A stretch of 64,000 nucleotides of DNA from Paracoccaceae bacterium (lineage in GTDB: Bacteria; Pseudomonadota; Alphaproteobacteria; Rhodobacterales; Rhodobacteraceae). A model generated the notes under the pieces. The model was not told the DNA's origin. It searched no databases and saw only the letters and a list, made by a program, of their open reading frames with translations. The position numbers and the translations under genes were made by a program. The first letter of the stretch is position 1. The number at the start of each line of letters is the position of its first letter. The stretch lies in NCBI GenBank assembly GCA_039984715.1, contig JBDWUA010000001.1, positions 43,314 to 107,313 of the forward strand. The letters run 5' to 3'. Positions 18,765-27,651 of this stretch are shown piece after piece.

Positions 18765-20084
18765 TCAGACTTCCTCTGGAAGGATGAGGTTAAGCAAAAT
18801 GGCAACAAATGCAGTTGGTGCAACTGCGCTTGTCATCAACACTTTCAGCACACCCGGTACATATTGAACCGCTGTCGGCACCAGATTAAGGCCAAGGCCC
18901 GCAGCCAAAGACACCGCAATAATAACCATATTACGTCTGTTCATTTCGACTTCTGTCAGCACGTTCAAGCCTGCAGCCGCAACCATGCCAAACATAACGA
19001 TCACACCACCGCCCAATACGGGCAACGGCATTGATGCGATAACTGCGCCAACTTTGGGTAACAGACCACACGCAATCAGGATCACGGCACCAATCGTGAC
19101 GACATGGCGGCTCATGATGCCAGTCATGCCCACGATGCCAACGTTTTGGCTGAAGGATGTGTTCGGCAATCCACCAAAGACGGCCGCCACTGCGGTCCCC
19201 AATCCGTCAGCATAGGTCGCCCCGGCAATTTCCTTGTCCGTTGCTTTGCGACCGGCTCCGGCTTTTGTTGTTGCAGACGCATCACCGACGGTTTCGATGG
19301 CAGACACAATGGAAACAAGAGTTACCGCAACAACTGCGCCCAAACTGAATTCAAATCCATAAGGCAAGGCAGTTGGGACCATGAACACGGCTGCTTTTTC
19401 AACCGCGCCGAAATTCACCATGCCCAGTGCCATGGCCAGAACATACCCAGCGATCAAACCGATTAAGATGGCAGCGTTGGACAATGTGCCTTTGGTAAAG
19501 AACTTAAGCACCAGCGCAACAATGACGACGGTCAAAGCAACGGACCAATGCAACAAACTGCCAAAGCTTTCGGCTTCCATTTGGAACGAAGCAGCCCCGC
19601 CAGCCGCGTATTTGATAGCAACAGGGATCAGATAGAGACCAATGGCCAAAATCACGAGGCCCGTGACAAGAGGCGGAAACATCCAACGCAGGTGTTGGAT
19701 AACCGAGCCCAGAAAAAAGTGAATGACGCCGCCAATTAGGCAAGCCGTCAACGCAACGCCCAGACCTTGGGTTGCGGCGACACCGGCCAAAACGCCCACA
19801 AAGGCAAAGCTTGTACCTTGCATAATGGGCAGCCGTGCCCCGATCGGGCCGATACCAACAGTTTGAAACAGCGTCGCGATCCCGGCAAACAACATTGCCA
19901 TCTGGATCAGGTAAACTTGTTCAGCTCCGCCAAAAGCCAGCCCGGCCGCACCTGCCACAATAATGGAGGGCGTGACGTTTGAGGCAAACATTGCCAAAAC
20001 GTGTTGTAATCCCAGCGGAACTGCTTGGGCTAATGGTGGCGTGTCATTGGGATCATCCCAGTGTCCTGCATTTAAATCAGACAT
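18765..20084 (-). CDS. nucleobase:cation symporter-2 (NCS2) family purine (xanthine/urate-type) permease
   Basis: 439 aa and polytopic. It begins PLGLQHVLAMFASNVTPSIIV and contains IETVGD and NTSFSQNVG-type NCS2 motifs. It lies in a ureide catabolism cluster. Confidence 0.85.
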   Translation of the reverse strand: MSDLNAGHWDDPNDTPPLAQAVPLGLQHVLAMFASNVTPSIIVAGAAGLAFGGAEQVYLIQMAMLFAGIATLFQTVGIGPIGARLPIMQGTSFAFVGVLAGVAATQGLGVALTACLIGGVIHFFLGSVIQHLRWMFPPLVTGLVILAIGLYLIPVAIKYAAGGAASFQMEAESFGSLLHWSVALTVVIVALVLKFFTKGTLSNAAILIGLIAGYVLAMALGMVNFGAVEKAAVFMVPTALPYGFEFSLGAVVAVTLVSIVSAIETVGDASATTKAGAGRKATDKEIAGATYADGLGTAVAAVFGGLPNTSFSQNVGIVGMTGIMSRHVVTIGAVILIACGLLPKVGAVIASMPLPVLGGGVIVMFGMVAAAGLNVLTEVEMNRRNMVIIAVSLAAGLGLNLVPTAVQYVPGVLKVLMTSAVAPTAFVAILLNLILPEEV

Positions 20085-20140
20085 ATCGTATTTTCTCGTC
20101 CCATTGAATGTCGCGCCTCTTTTTTGGGCGCTGCAGGATA

Positions 20141-20626
20141 CTAAGAGACGACTAGATACGGAGGATCAAGAAAAAACTCGTCTAGATTTGGTGTTTTCCC
20201 AATGCGATCAACAACTGCAAACAAACCGGGCGCTTTCAACGGAGTCAGGACACCATGCCATGTGCCGCAGTGAAAATTTATCCCCTGACCGGGTGATGTA
20301 AGGAACGCAATAGGCGCGCCGGGACGTCCATTTTCGTCTGGGGCGACGGTGACCAAAAACGGGTCGGCTGACATGGGTACAAAGACTTGCGAGCCTTCCG
20401 GATGACGTTCAAGCAAATCAAGCGTGTAGGGCAGTTGGCGTGGCTTTGCCTGAAATATCGAGATACCCGCCCGCCCGTCAGAACCAAATTCAAGTGCGGC
20501 GCGATCATGATAACGTCCGCAATTGCCAGCATTGATCACTTTGTCGGGCAAACCGGTTGCCTCGAGCACGTCGCCAAAGGGCGCAAACGCCTTGGCCGTT
20601 AGGGGTTGGCACCGAACTTCGATCAT
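20141..20626 (-). CDS. allA: ureidoglycolate lyase
   Basis: 161 aa. FAPFGDVLE and LERHPEGSQVFVPM match E. coli AllA (LERHPLGTQAFIPM). Confidence 0.85.
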   Translation of the reverse strand: MIEVRCQPLTAKAFAPFGDVLEATGLPDKVINAGNCGRYHDRAALEFGSDGRAGISIFQAKPRQLPYTLDLLERHPEGSQVFVPMSADPFLVTVAPDENGRPGAPIAFLTSPGQGINFHCGTWHGVLTPLKAPGLFAVVDRIGKTPNLDEFFLDPPYLVVS

Positions 20627-21444
20627 CCGAACGGAGCCAACGGAACGTGCCGGTTAACGTCCTTGTAAAGCAAGTACCGAAACGGTTCGGTTCCAGTGGC
20701 AATGCACGCTTGCGGACAAAAGGCCCGAAGCCACATAAAATCACCAGCCTCGACGCTGACCCAATCTTTGTTCAACAGGTAATCAGCCGTGCCCTGAAGG
20801 ACATACAGCCCATGTTCCATGACATGGGTTTCGGCAAATGGGATGCGTCCACCGGGTTTGAAATTTACGATATTCACGTGGAAATCATACCTTAGATCCG
20901 AAGGATCAATGAACCGCTGCGTGGCCCAAACGCCATCGCAATCAGGCATTTCATGGGCTGGTACGTCATCGTCATGGGTCACGATCGCATCGGGTGCCGC
21001 CAGACCATCAACAGGAATAAAGCGTTTGCGGATCCAATGAATGCCACAAGGTGTGTCGCTTTCATTCCAAAGCGTCCAGATCGTACCTGCCGGAATAAAT
21101 GCAAAAGACCCCGCGCGCAGATCGTGGATTTCGTTGCCAAGCCGCAGACGCGCAGAACCGCTGGCGACAAACAAAACCGCTTGCGCCTCTGGGTCTGGTT
21201 CAGGTGTGTCGGATCCACCTTTCGGCGCGAGTTCCAACGCATATTGTGCGAATGTTTCGGCAAAGCCTGAAAGGGGACGAGCCAGTATCCAAGCGCGCGC
21301 CCCGACCCAACCGGGCAAGAAGGACGTTACAATGTCGCGCTGCGTATTGGCGGGCAACACTGCGTAAGCATCCGTGAACACGGCCGTGCCTTCGGGGTTC
21401 TCAGATTGGTCGGGCAACCCGCCGGGTGGAAATGCATAGGTCAC
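20623..21444 (-). CDS. allE: (S)-ureidoglycine aminohydrolase (bicupin)
   Basis: ETHVMEHGLYVLQGTADYLLNKDWVSVEAGDFMWLRAF...YLLYKDVNR parallels E. coli AllE/YlbA ([20 protein letters not shown]...YIYSKDCNR). The GTG at 21444 overlaps the puuE stop (GTGA). ATG 21492 is an alternative start. Confidence 0.75.
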   Translation of the reverse strand: MTYAFPPGGLPDQSENPEGTAVFTDAYAVLPANTQRDIVTSFLPGWVGARAWILARPLSGFAETFAQYALELAPKGGSDTPEPDPEAQAVLFVASGSARLRLGNEIHDLRAGSFAFIPAGTIWTLWNESDTPCGIHWIRKRFIPVDGLAAPDAIVTHDDDVPAHEMPDCDGVWATQRFIDPSDLRYDFHVNIVNFKPGGRIPFAETHVMEHGLYVLQGTADYLLNKDWVSVEAGDFMWLRAFCPQACIATGTEPFRYLLYKDVNRHVPLAPFG

Positions 21445-22868
21445 AGGATGGCCTCCAATCGCAAGCGGGCGATGCGTTCGACTTGATTGCATGCCTCTTG
21501 GAATTCTGTCTGTGTATCGTGTGCGATACGTCGTTCAAATGCGCGTAAAATACCCGATTTGTCGTGATCGCGAACAGCGATGATAAAAGGGAACCCGTGC
21601 TTTTCGACATAACCTGCATTCAATGTTTCAAATTGCGTGCGTTCTGCGTCAGTCAATGCATCTAATCCGGCGCTTGCTTGTTCGGATGTACTGTCCTCAG
21701 TCAGACGTTTGGCTTGTGACAGCTTGCCGGCAAGATCGGGATGCGCAGTCAGAACGCCTAAACGGGCATCGTTGTCTCCGCTTCGGAACACACGGCACAT
21801 CGCGTTGTGCAGCCCTGCGGTGCTGTCGTGTGCAGCACCCAATTCAAGCGCATATGCCCCTTCAGCGACCCACGGCGAATGTTCGAAAATTCCGCCAAAA
21901 TGCTCCATAAATTCCGAATGACCCATTTGATGAGGGCGCAATTGAACTGATGGAGGATGTGATGCAGTCCAATGTGCGGCGATGTCTTCGCGTTTTGCGC
22001 ACCAAACGCCTTCAAATCCCTGAACGTATTCAAGGAAGCGACGCAGCGCCTGAACCCGTCCGGGGCGGCCAATCAATCGGCAATGCAAACCGATGGACAT
22101 CATTTTGGCCTGTCCTTCTGCGCCTTCTGCATAAAGGCAATCGAACGTGTCCTTGAGGTATGCAAAGAACTGGTCACCCGAATTGAACCCTTGTGGCGTC
22201 GCAAAGCGCATGTCGTTGCAATCAAGAGTGTAGGGTATGATCAATTGATCACGCCCTTCAAACTGGGCCCAGTATGGCAGATCGTCGTCATATGTGTCGC
22301 TGATCCAATCAAACCCACGCTCTGCTGCCAATCGAACCGTATTTACGGAACATCGACCCGTGTACCAGCCACGCGGACGCGCGCCGGTGACTTCTGTGTG
22401 CAACCTGATCGCCTCGTCCATGTCTGCAGCTTCTGCGTCGGGGGTGTGGTCTTTGTAATCGATCCACTTCAGTCCATGGCTCGCGATTTCCCAATTTGCG
22501 GCCTTCATGGCGTCGACCTGTTCGGGTGACCGTGCCAATGCCGTCGCGACCCCATAGATGGTCAGCGGAATGTTTGATTGGGTGAACAGCCGGTGCAAGC
22601 GCCAAAATCCAGCGCGCGCGCCGTAATCATAAATGGATTCCATGTTCCAATGCCGCTGACCCGGCCACGCGGCTGCGCCAACAATCTCGGACAAAAACGC
22701 TTCTGATGCGGCGTCTCCGTGCAAAAGACAGTTTTCGCCGCCTTCTTCATAGTTCAACACAAACGAAATCGCGATCCGTGCGTTATTGGGCCAAGCCGCG
22801 TTTGGGGCGCTTGGACCATGACCAAGAAAATTCCGCGGATATCTTGGTGGAGCATCAGCCATGGACAA
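21441..22868 (-). CDS. puuE: fusion of allantoinase PuuE (polysaccharide-deacetylase fold) and OHCU decarboxylase
   Basis: The N-terminal roughly 310 aa match PuuE (RIAISFVLNYEEGGE...). The C-terminal roughly 160 aa match 2-oxo-4-hydroxy-4-carboxy-5-ureidoimidazoline decarboxylase (FGGIFEHSPWVAE...LTAHPDLAGK...SEQASAGLD...YVEKHGFPFIIAVR). Confidence 0.85.
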   Translation of the reverse strand: MSMADAPPRYPRNFLGHGPSAPNAAWPNNARIAISFVLNYEEGGENCLLHGDAASEAFLSEIVGAAAWPGQRHWNMESIYDYGARAGFWRLHRLFTQSNIPLTIYGVATALARSPEQVDAMKAANWEIASHGLKWIDYKDHTPDAEAADMDEAIRLHTEVTGARPRGWYTGRCSVNTVRLAAERGFDWISDTYDDDLPYWAQFEGRDQLIIPYTLDCNDMRFATPQGFNSGDQFFAYLKDTFDCLYAEGAEGQAKMMSIGLHCRLIGRPGRVQALRRFLEYVQGFEGVWCAKREDIAAHWTASHPPSVQLRPHQMGHSEFMEHFGGIFEHSPWVAEGAYALELGAAHDSTAGLHNAMCRVFRSGDNDARLGVLTAHPDLAGKLSQAKRLTEDSTSEQASAGLDALTDAERTQFETLNAGYVEKHGFPFIIAVRDHDKSGILRAFERRIAHDTQTEFQEACNQVERIARLRLEAIL

Positions 22869-22924
22869 AACCCATCTATTTCATTCAAGTAGGCGCACGA
22901 TGAAGCGATCCGGGAGAGGATGCA

Positions 22925-23284
22925 ATGGCACGTGGATATCTAACGACGCATGTGTTGGATACGGCGCTTGGTCGTCCGGCGCAGGGCTTGAAAATAGTTC
23001 TTTGGCGGCTGGATGGCGAGGCGCGGACAAAAGTGACTGAAATGGTCACAAACGAAGACGGGCGCACCAATGCACCGATCCTGCCGGATGATGTGTTCGT
23101 CACGGGCACATACGAGCTTGAATTTCATGCGGGCAGCTATTTGGATGCCTGTGGCACGCCGCTGGAATCCCCTCGATTTCTGGATGTGATCCCGATCCGA
23201 TTTGGGATGTCAGAAAAAGAGTCGCATTACCACGTGCCACTGCTGCTGTCGCCCTTTGGGTATTCAACATATCGGGGAAGTTGA
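22925..23284 (+). CDS. uraH: 5-hydroxyisourate hydrolase (transthyretin-like)
   Basis: 119 aa. [14 protein letters not shown] at the N-terminus and the diagnostic C-terminal YSTYRGS. Confidence 0.9.
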   Translation: MARGYLTTHVLDTALGRPAQGLKIVLWRLDGEARTKVTEMVTNEDGRTNAPILPDDVFVTGTYELEFHAGSYLDACGTPLESPRFLDVIPIRFGMSEKESHYHVPLLLSPFGYSTYRGS

Positions 23285-23295
23285 TTGCGGGCGGC

Positions 23296-24222
23296 TTAGG
23301 CGGGAAAGGTGATTTGGAAACAGGTGCCGGCTGGAACGTCTTTTAATGCGATACGCGCGCCGCGCGCTTGCAACAAGGTCTGAACGATATTCAAACCCAT
23401 ACCTGTTCCGCCTGTATCCCGCCGCGTTGTAAAGAATGGGTCGAACACTCTGTCACGATCCCCTGCCGCGATTCCTGTGCCATTGTCAGCGACCAACAAA
23501 ACACCCGGTTCCACAGTCAGCGAAAGACTGGTCGCTCCATGTGCCAGTGCATTTTGGTGCAAATGCTGAAGAACGGTTGAAATGTCCTGTTCCGCCAATG
23601 GAATTTGCCCGTCGATTTCGACAACGCATTTGTTGAGGTTTTTCGCAACATCTGACAATTGGCACGTGCCTTGCCCTGCAGATTGAGACGCTTTGGCGTG
23701 GGCTTGCAAATGTTCCAACAATTGTTCCATGCGCAGGGACGCGCGGTTGATATTGTCGATCAATGTTGCGCGGGTGTTCGCATCATCCGTCGTTTGCAAC
23801 ATCTCGGCCGACCCGCGCAGCGATGTGAGCGGCGATTTCAATTCGTGAGTGACGTGATCTGCATAGGCGCGCAAACTGTTGGCGCGCGCCTGCAAAGCAG
23901 CGCTCATTTCAGTGACAGCTGTGCCCAAAGCATGCAGTTCTGGCGTGCCGAAATGTGTGGGTGGAATTGCGTCTTCGCCGTGCAATCGGGCACGCGCGTA
24001 ATGTGTCAGGCTCCAGATTGGTCGCAACACAAGCCGCCACAACAAAAACGCCAAAACTGATGTCGCGGCAAACACAATCCAGCCAAGAAGCCATGTGGTT
24101 TCGCCCCAACCTAGAATATTACCCTCAAGGCGAAAATATCCAATTCCAACCAAGGGAACACTGAGCAGGGCGGCCAAGGTGCCACCGATCACAAGGGCAA
24201 GGGGAGGGCGCCACTTTTGCAT
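23296..24222 (-). CDS. sensor histidine kinase (two TM helices, HisKA + HATPase_c)
   Basis: H-box VTHELKSPLTSLRG, N-box QNALAHG, G-boxes DNGTGI and GGTGMGLNIV. The ATG at 24222 overlaps the regulator stop (TGATG). Confidence 0.85.
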   Translation of the reverse strand: MQKWRPPLALVIGGTLAALLSVPLVGIGYFRLEGNILGWGETTWLLGWIVFAATSVLAFLLWRLVLRPIWSLTHYARARLHGEDAIPPTHFGTPELHALGTAVTEMSAALQARANSLRAYADHVTHELKSPLTSLRGSAEMLQTTDDANTRATLIDNINRASLRMEQLLEHLQAHAKASQSAGQGTCQLSDVAKNLNKCVVEIDGQIPLAEQDISTVLQHLHQNALAHGATSLSLTVEPGVLLVADNGTGIAAGDRDRVFDPFFTTRRDTGGTGMGLNIVQTLLQARGARIALKDVPAGTCFQITFPA

Positions 24223-24917
24223 CACTCGGTCGTCACCAAGCCAAGGCAAGGCCCCAGCCGCACACCAACGCCATGCACCGTTTCGACAGCATCCGGGCAA
24301 CCAGCTTTTGACAATTTCTGCCGTAAATTTCGCAAATGACTGTCCAAAGTGCGGTCACTGACGGCTTGGCCAACACCATAAAGCCGATCCGTTAAATCTG
24401 GACGGGGTACAACGCGATCTGGTCGTTTCATCAGCAGGGCCAGAAGATCAAGCTCGCGCGCGGTCAATGTCACGATCTGCCCGGCGATAGAACATTCATG
24501 CCGGTCTTTGTCCAATCGCAACACCCCGCGATGCAAACCTTCTGTCACAGGAAGATGCGTGCGTTTCAGGATCGCTTTGATCCTTGCCATCAATTCACGT
24601 GGCGAAAACGGTTTGGTGACGTAATCATCGGCCCCAAATTCAAAGCCCAGAATGCGATCCACTTCGTCGTCGCGCGCGGTTAGAAAAAGGATGGGTGTTT
24701 CGTGGGTTTCCCGCAGGCGACGACACAGTTGAAGACCGTCAATGCCGGGCAGGCCGATATCCAACAATATCATTGCGAACCGCCCGCTTTGTGCTTTGGC
24801 CAAGCCTTCTGGACCATCGCCCGCTTCGTCTGTTTCGTACCCGGCCTGATCCAACGCAACGCGCAACATCTGGCGAATGTCTGGATCGTCCTCAATGATA
24901 AGGATCATGGCGCACAT
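24222..24917 (-). CDS. OmpR-family response regulator
   Basis: The receiver domain (ILIIEDDPDIRQML...ILLDIGLPGIDG) is followed by a winged-helix output domain (LTARELDLLALLM...VETVHGVGVRL). ATG 24908 is an alternative start. Confidence 0.9.
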   Translation of the reverse strand: MCAMILIIEDDPDIRQMLRVALDQAGYETDEAGDGPEGLAKAQSGRFAMILLDIGLPGIDGLQLCRRLRETHETPILFLTARDDEVDRILGFEFGADDYVTKPFSPRELMARIKAILKRTHLPVTEGLHRGVLRLDKDRHECSIAGQIVTLTARELDLLALLMKRPDRVVPRPDLTDRLYGVGQAVSDRTLDSHLRNLRQKLSKAGCPDAVETVHGVGVRLGPCLGLVTTE

Positions 24918-26379
24918 CCTTCACCTCTGATTGCGCCAAGCTACGGCGCAGACGCCAGTTGCGAAAGCCCCATTCGCGCCAATCGTTTGGCTGGGACATT
25001 TCCGGGCGTTTCCAGGCCGGGCAACGGTATTCAACGTTCACACCTTGTCGGTCCAATTCTGGCAAAACGCCTTCGCTTAAGGAACACAAGTATTTTAAAT
25101 CCTGTTTTCCGGAGGTTGTGAAATTATGCCGTGCGATGATGCCGTCAAAGTTGATGAAACAACAGACGTATAAAGTACACAATCCAAGGGACGCGTTGCG
25201 TATCAAAAGCCAGCCTGTGTTGTGACGTCTGTAAACCTGCCACAAGACAATCAGCAGCCCCACCAGAACGACGGCCATCCAAATACCCGCCGCCATCCGA
25301 AGTCGCGTCAAACCATATGCGTCTATGTAAAGATCTAACCGTATTGCCGATGCCCCTACCAGCAAGATGTTTTGTATCAGCCAAAGGATAAGAAGCCTGT
25401 GCAATAGACTGGAATTGTCCGTCAGCGGTCTGGCCAATACGGCAAACGCTCCAGCAAGCAGCGCAGTCATCAGCAAGGGATACGCGCCTCGATGGGCATA
25501 AGTGGCATAGGTCACACCTTCGGGCAGTTCGGTGGCACCATACAAAAATGCGAAATCCATAAAGGTTTGGACGGCGAACATCAGGTTAAACAGCACCATA
25601 GACCGACCCAATGACCGTGTGTTGATCAATCCGGGTCGATGAACCAAATGCCGTTGCGGTTTTCGTGCCATCAGCGCATTTCGCAAGCGCGGCGCAATCA
25701 AAGCGCCCCAGATGACACAGGCCAACACGCCCCAAAAGATCAATCGCGTCATGTTTGGTTCTGGAATTTGCGTCAAAGAGATTTGGTCAAAAAAATCTGC
25801 AATCAACGGGTTCGCATTGCCAAACAACAGCAAGAAAACCAGCCCCAACCCCAAAGGAATCGTCCAACCCATCACCAGATCGCGAATGTTCATGTTTAGG
25901 ATGCGCAATCGACTGGTCAGATCCAAAACATCACGAAAGCTGAACGCAATTGCGACCCAAGGATAGCGCAAGAAAGACCGCAAAAGCGACTGAAGTTTGA
26001 CGTCTGCGATTCCACACAAAACAACCAAACCGCCTGACAGCAGGAAAAAGACCGACAGCGGTTGTACGACTTCGATTACGGGCAACACGCTCAGACCTGC
26101 GCCAATCAGGCATATTTTCAGACGTGCGCGGCTGAGGTTTGGAGCAAACAGAAGGCTGGCACCGATGACCGCTAAGGCGAAAACGGCAAGCGACAATCCG
26201 GGCCATACATGCCAGATCATGGCATCGCCAAAAGCGATCAATGCAAGTAAAACAAGCCACTTGCCCATATCTGAATCCATTGCTTTGGCGGGCTTTCGTG
26301 TTCGCGGTTTGACCCCGTCCATCCACCAACCATCGCGTTGCATCGCCAATGGAACGCCTCTGATCACTGCAGTTTTCAT
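24892..26379 (-). CDS. polytopic inner-membrane protein, DUF4153/DUF4173-like
   Basis: 495 aa with about ten hydrophobic helices. It overlaps the start of the response-regulator gene. The family assignment is from memory of similar membrane protein-RR-HK arrangements in alphaproteobacteria. Confidence 0.5.
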   Translation of the reverse strand: MKTAVIRGVPLAMQRDGWWMDGVKPRTRKPAKAMDSDMGKWLVLLALIAFGDAMIWHVWPGLSLAVFALAVIGASLLFAPNLSRARLKICLIGAGLSVLPVIEVVQPLSVFFLLSGGLVVLCGIADVKLQSLLRSFLRYPWVAIAFSFRDVLDLTSRLRILNMNIRDLVMGWTIPLGLGLVFLLLFGNANPLIADFFDQISLTQIPEPNMTRLIFWGVLACVIWGALIAPRLRNALMARKPQRHLVHRPGLINTRSLGRSMVLFNLMFAVQTFMDFAFLYGATELPEGVTYATYAHRGAYPLLMTALLAGAFAVLARPLTDNSSLLHRLLILWLIQNILLVGASAIRLDLYIDAYGLTRLRMAAGIWMAVVLVGLLIVLWQVYRRHNTGWLLIRNASLGLCTLYVCCFINFDGIIARHNFTTSGKQDLKYLCSLSEGVLPELDRQGVNVEYRCPAWKRPEMSQPNDWREWGFRNWRLRRSLAQSEVKDVRHDPYH

Positions 26380-26534
26380 GTTTGTTTGTCCCTGTTCTTT
26401 TGTTCTTTGAACTCAAACTGACATTGAGCCGTGCAGTTGCCGCAGGTGATTTGTGCAGAGTTTGCGCAGAGGCATGTCTTGCCTTGCATTGCCGCGCATG
26501 CGACCACAAGCTGTGCTCCTATCGGAGGTGAGAG

Positions 26535-27533
26535 ATGCTAGAACCGGCCACATCCATTTTGAAAACAAAGACCCAATTGCCGCAGGTCACAGAACCGCGC
26601 AATCCGGGCATGGACCTTGATTTGGAATGGGTGCGTCGCGTTCAAGCCAATACGTCGGCTATTGAAAGACGATGTAAGACGCTGCCCGGCCGACGTTCGA
26701 TCAAGAAAGATCACCAAGCAGCATGGCTGTTGCGCGCGCTTAGCTGCATTGATTTGACAACGTTGTCTGGCGACGACACAGACAGACGTGTTGCGCGTCT
26801 CTGTGCAAAAGCCCGGCAGCCCATGCGTCAGGATATGCTGGATGCGTTGGGTATGGATGGCCTGACCACCGGTGCCGTGTGTGTTTATCACGAGATGATC
26901 CCAGCTGCAGTGCGCGCATTGCAAGGCACAGGCATTCCAGTTGCGGCTGTATCAACAGGCTTTCCTGCAGGTCTTTCCCCGTTTCATCTGCGCATTCAGG
27001 AAATTCGCGAAAGTGTTGCGGCGGGCGCGGCTGAGATCGACATTGTGATTTCGCGGCGGCACGTTCTTGAGGGCAATTGGCAGGCTTTGTATGACGAAAT
27101 GAAAGAAATGCGCGACGCCTGTGGCGAAGCACATGTCAAAGCAATCCTTGCGACCGGCGAATTGGGCACCCTGCGCAACGTGGCACGCGCATCCTTGGTT
27201 TGCATGATGGCAGGGGCGGATTTCATCAAGACATCGACGGGCAAAGAAAGCGTGAATGCGACGCTGCCCGTCACGTTGGTCATGATCCGCGCAATCCGCG
27301 AATACTATGAACACACAGGATACCGGATTGGGTACAAACCCGCAGGCGGCATTTCCAAGGCCAAAGATGCCTTGATGTATCTGGCATTGATGAAAGAAGA
27401 ATTGGGCGACCGTTGGTTGCGCCCTGACCTGTTCCGTTTCGGGGCGTCGTCGCTTTTGGGTGATATTGAACGTCAGTTGGAACACCATTTGACTGGCGCC
27501 TATTCAGCCAACTGGCGTCACGCAGCGGGATAA
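26535..27533 (+). CDS. deoC: deoxyribose-phosphate aldolase, long (DERA-like, about 330 aa) form
   Basis: RBS GGAGGTGAG. Motifs IDLTTLSGDDT and FIKTSTGK contain the Schiff-base Lys. Confidence 0.85.
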   Translation: MLEPATSILKTKTQLPQVTEPRNPGMDLDLEWVRRVQANTSAIERRCKTLPGRRSIKKDHQAAWLLRALSCIDLTTLSGDDTDRRVARLCAKARQPMRQDMLDALGMDGLTTGAVCVYHEMIPAAVRALQGTGIPVAAVSTGFPAGLSPFHLRIQEIRESVAAGAAEIDIVISRRHVLEGNWQALYDEMKEMRDACGEAHVKAILATGELGTLRNVARASLVCMMAGADFIKTSTGKESVNATLPVTLVMIRAIREYYEHTGYRIGYKPAGGISKAKDALMYLALMKEELGDRWLRPDLFRFGASSLLGDIERQLEHHLTGAYSANWRHAAG

Positions 27534-27651
27534 TCAGCATGCATAAGCTTAGTCCAAAGAGCGGTGGCAGACCCGTAAACAATCCAGCAATAATTCCACC
27601 CTCATCAAAACGAGTGCTTACGCCGGAAGGTTGCACAACAGGAGCCTTGGT

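Noticed and set aside
20100-20125. Hairpin GCGCC-tctttttt-GGCGC between allA and the permease gene, considered as an intra-operon terminator or attenuator.
   Set aside because: The stem is only 5 bp, the T-run lies in the loop rather than after the stem, and the genes are probably co-transcribed.
26395-26406. GTTCttttGTTC in the promoter region between the DUF4173-like gene and deoC, considered as a second LexA box.
   Set aside because: The spacer is 4 nt, not the 7 nt required for the alphaproteobacterial GTTC-N7-GTTC operator.
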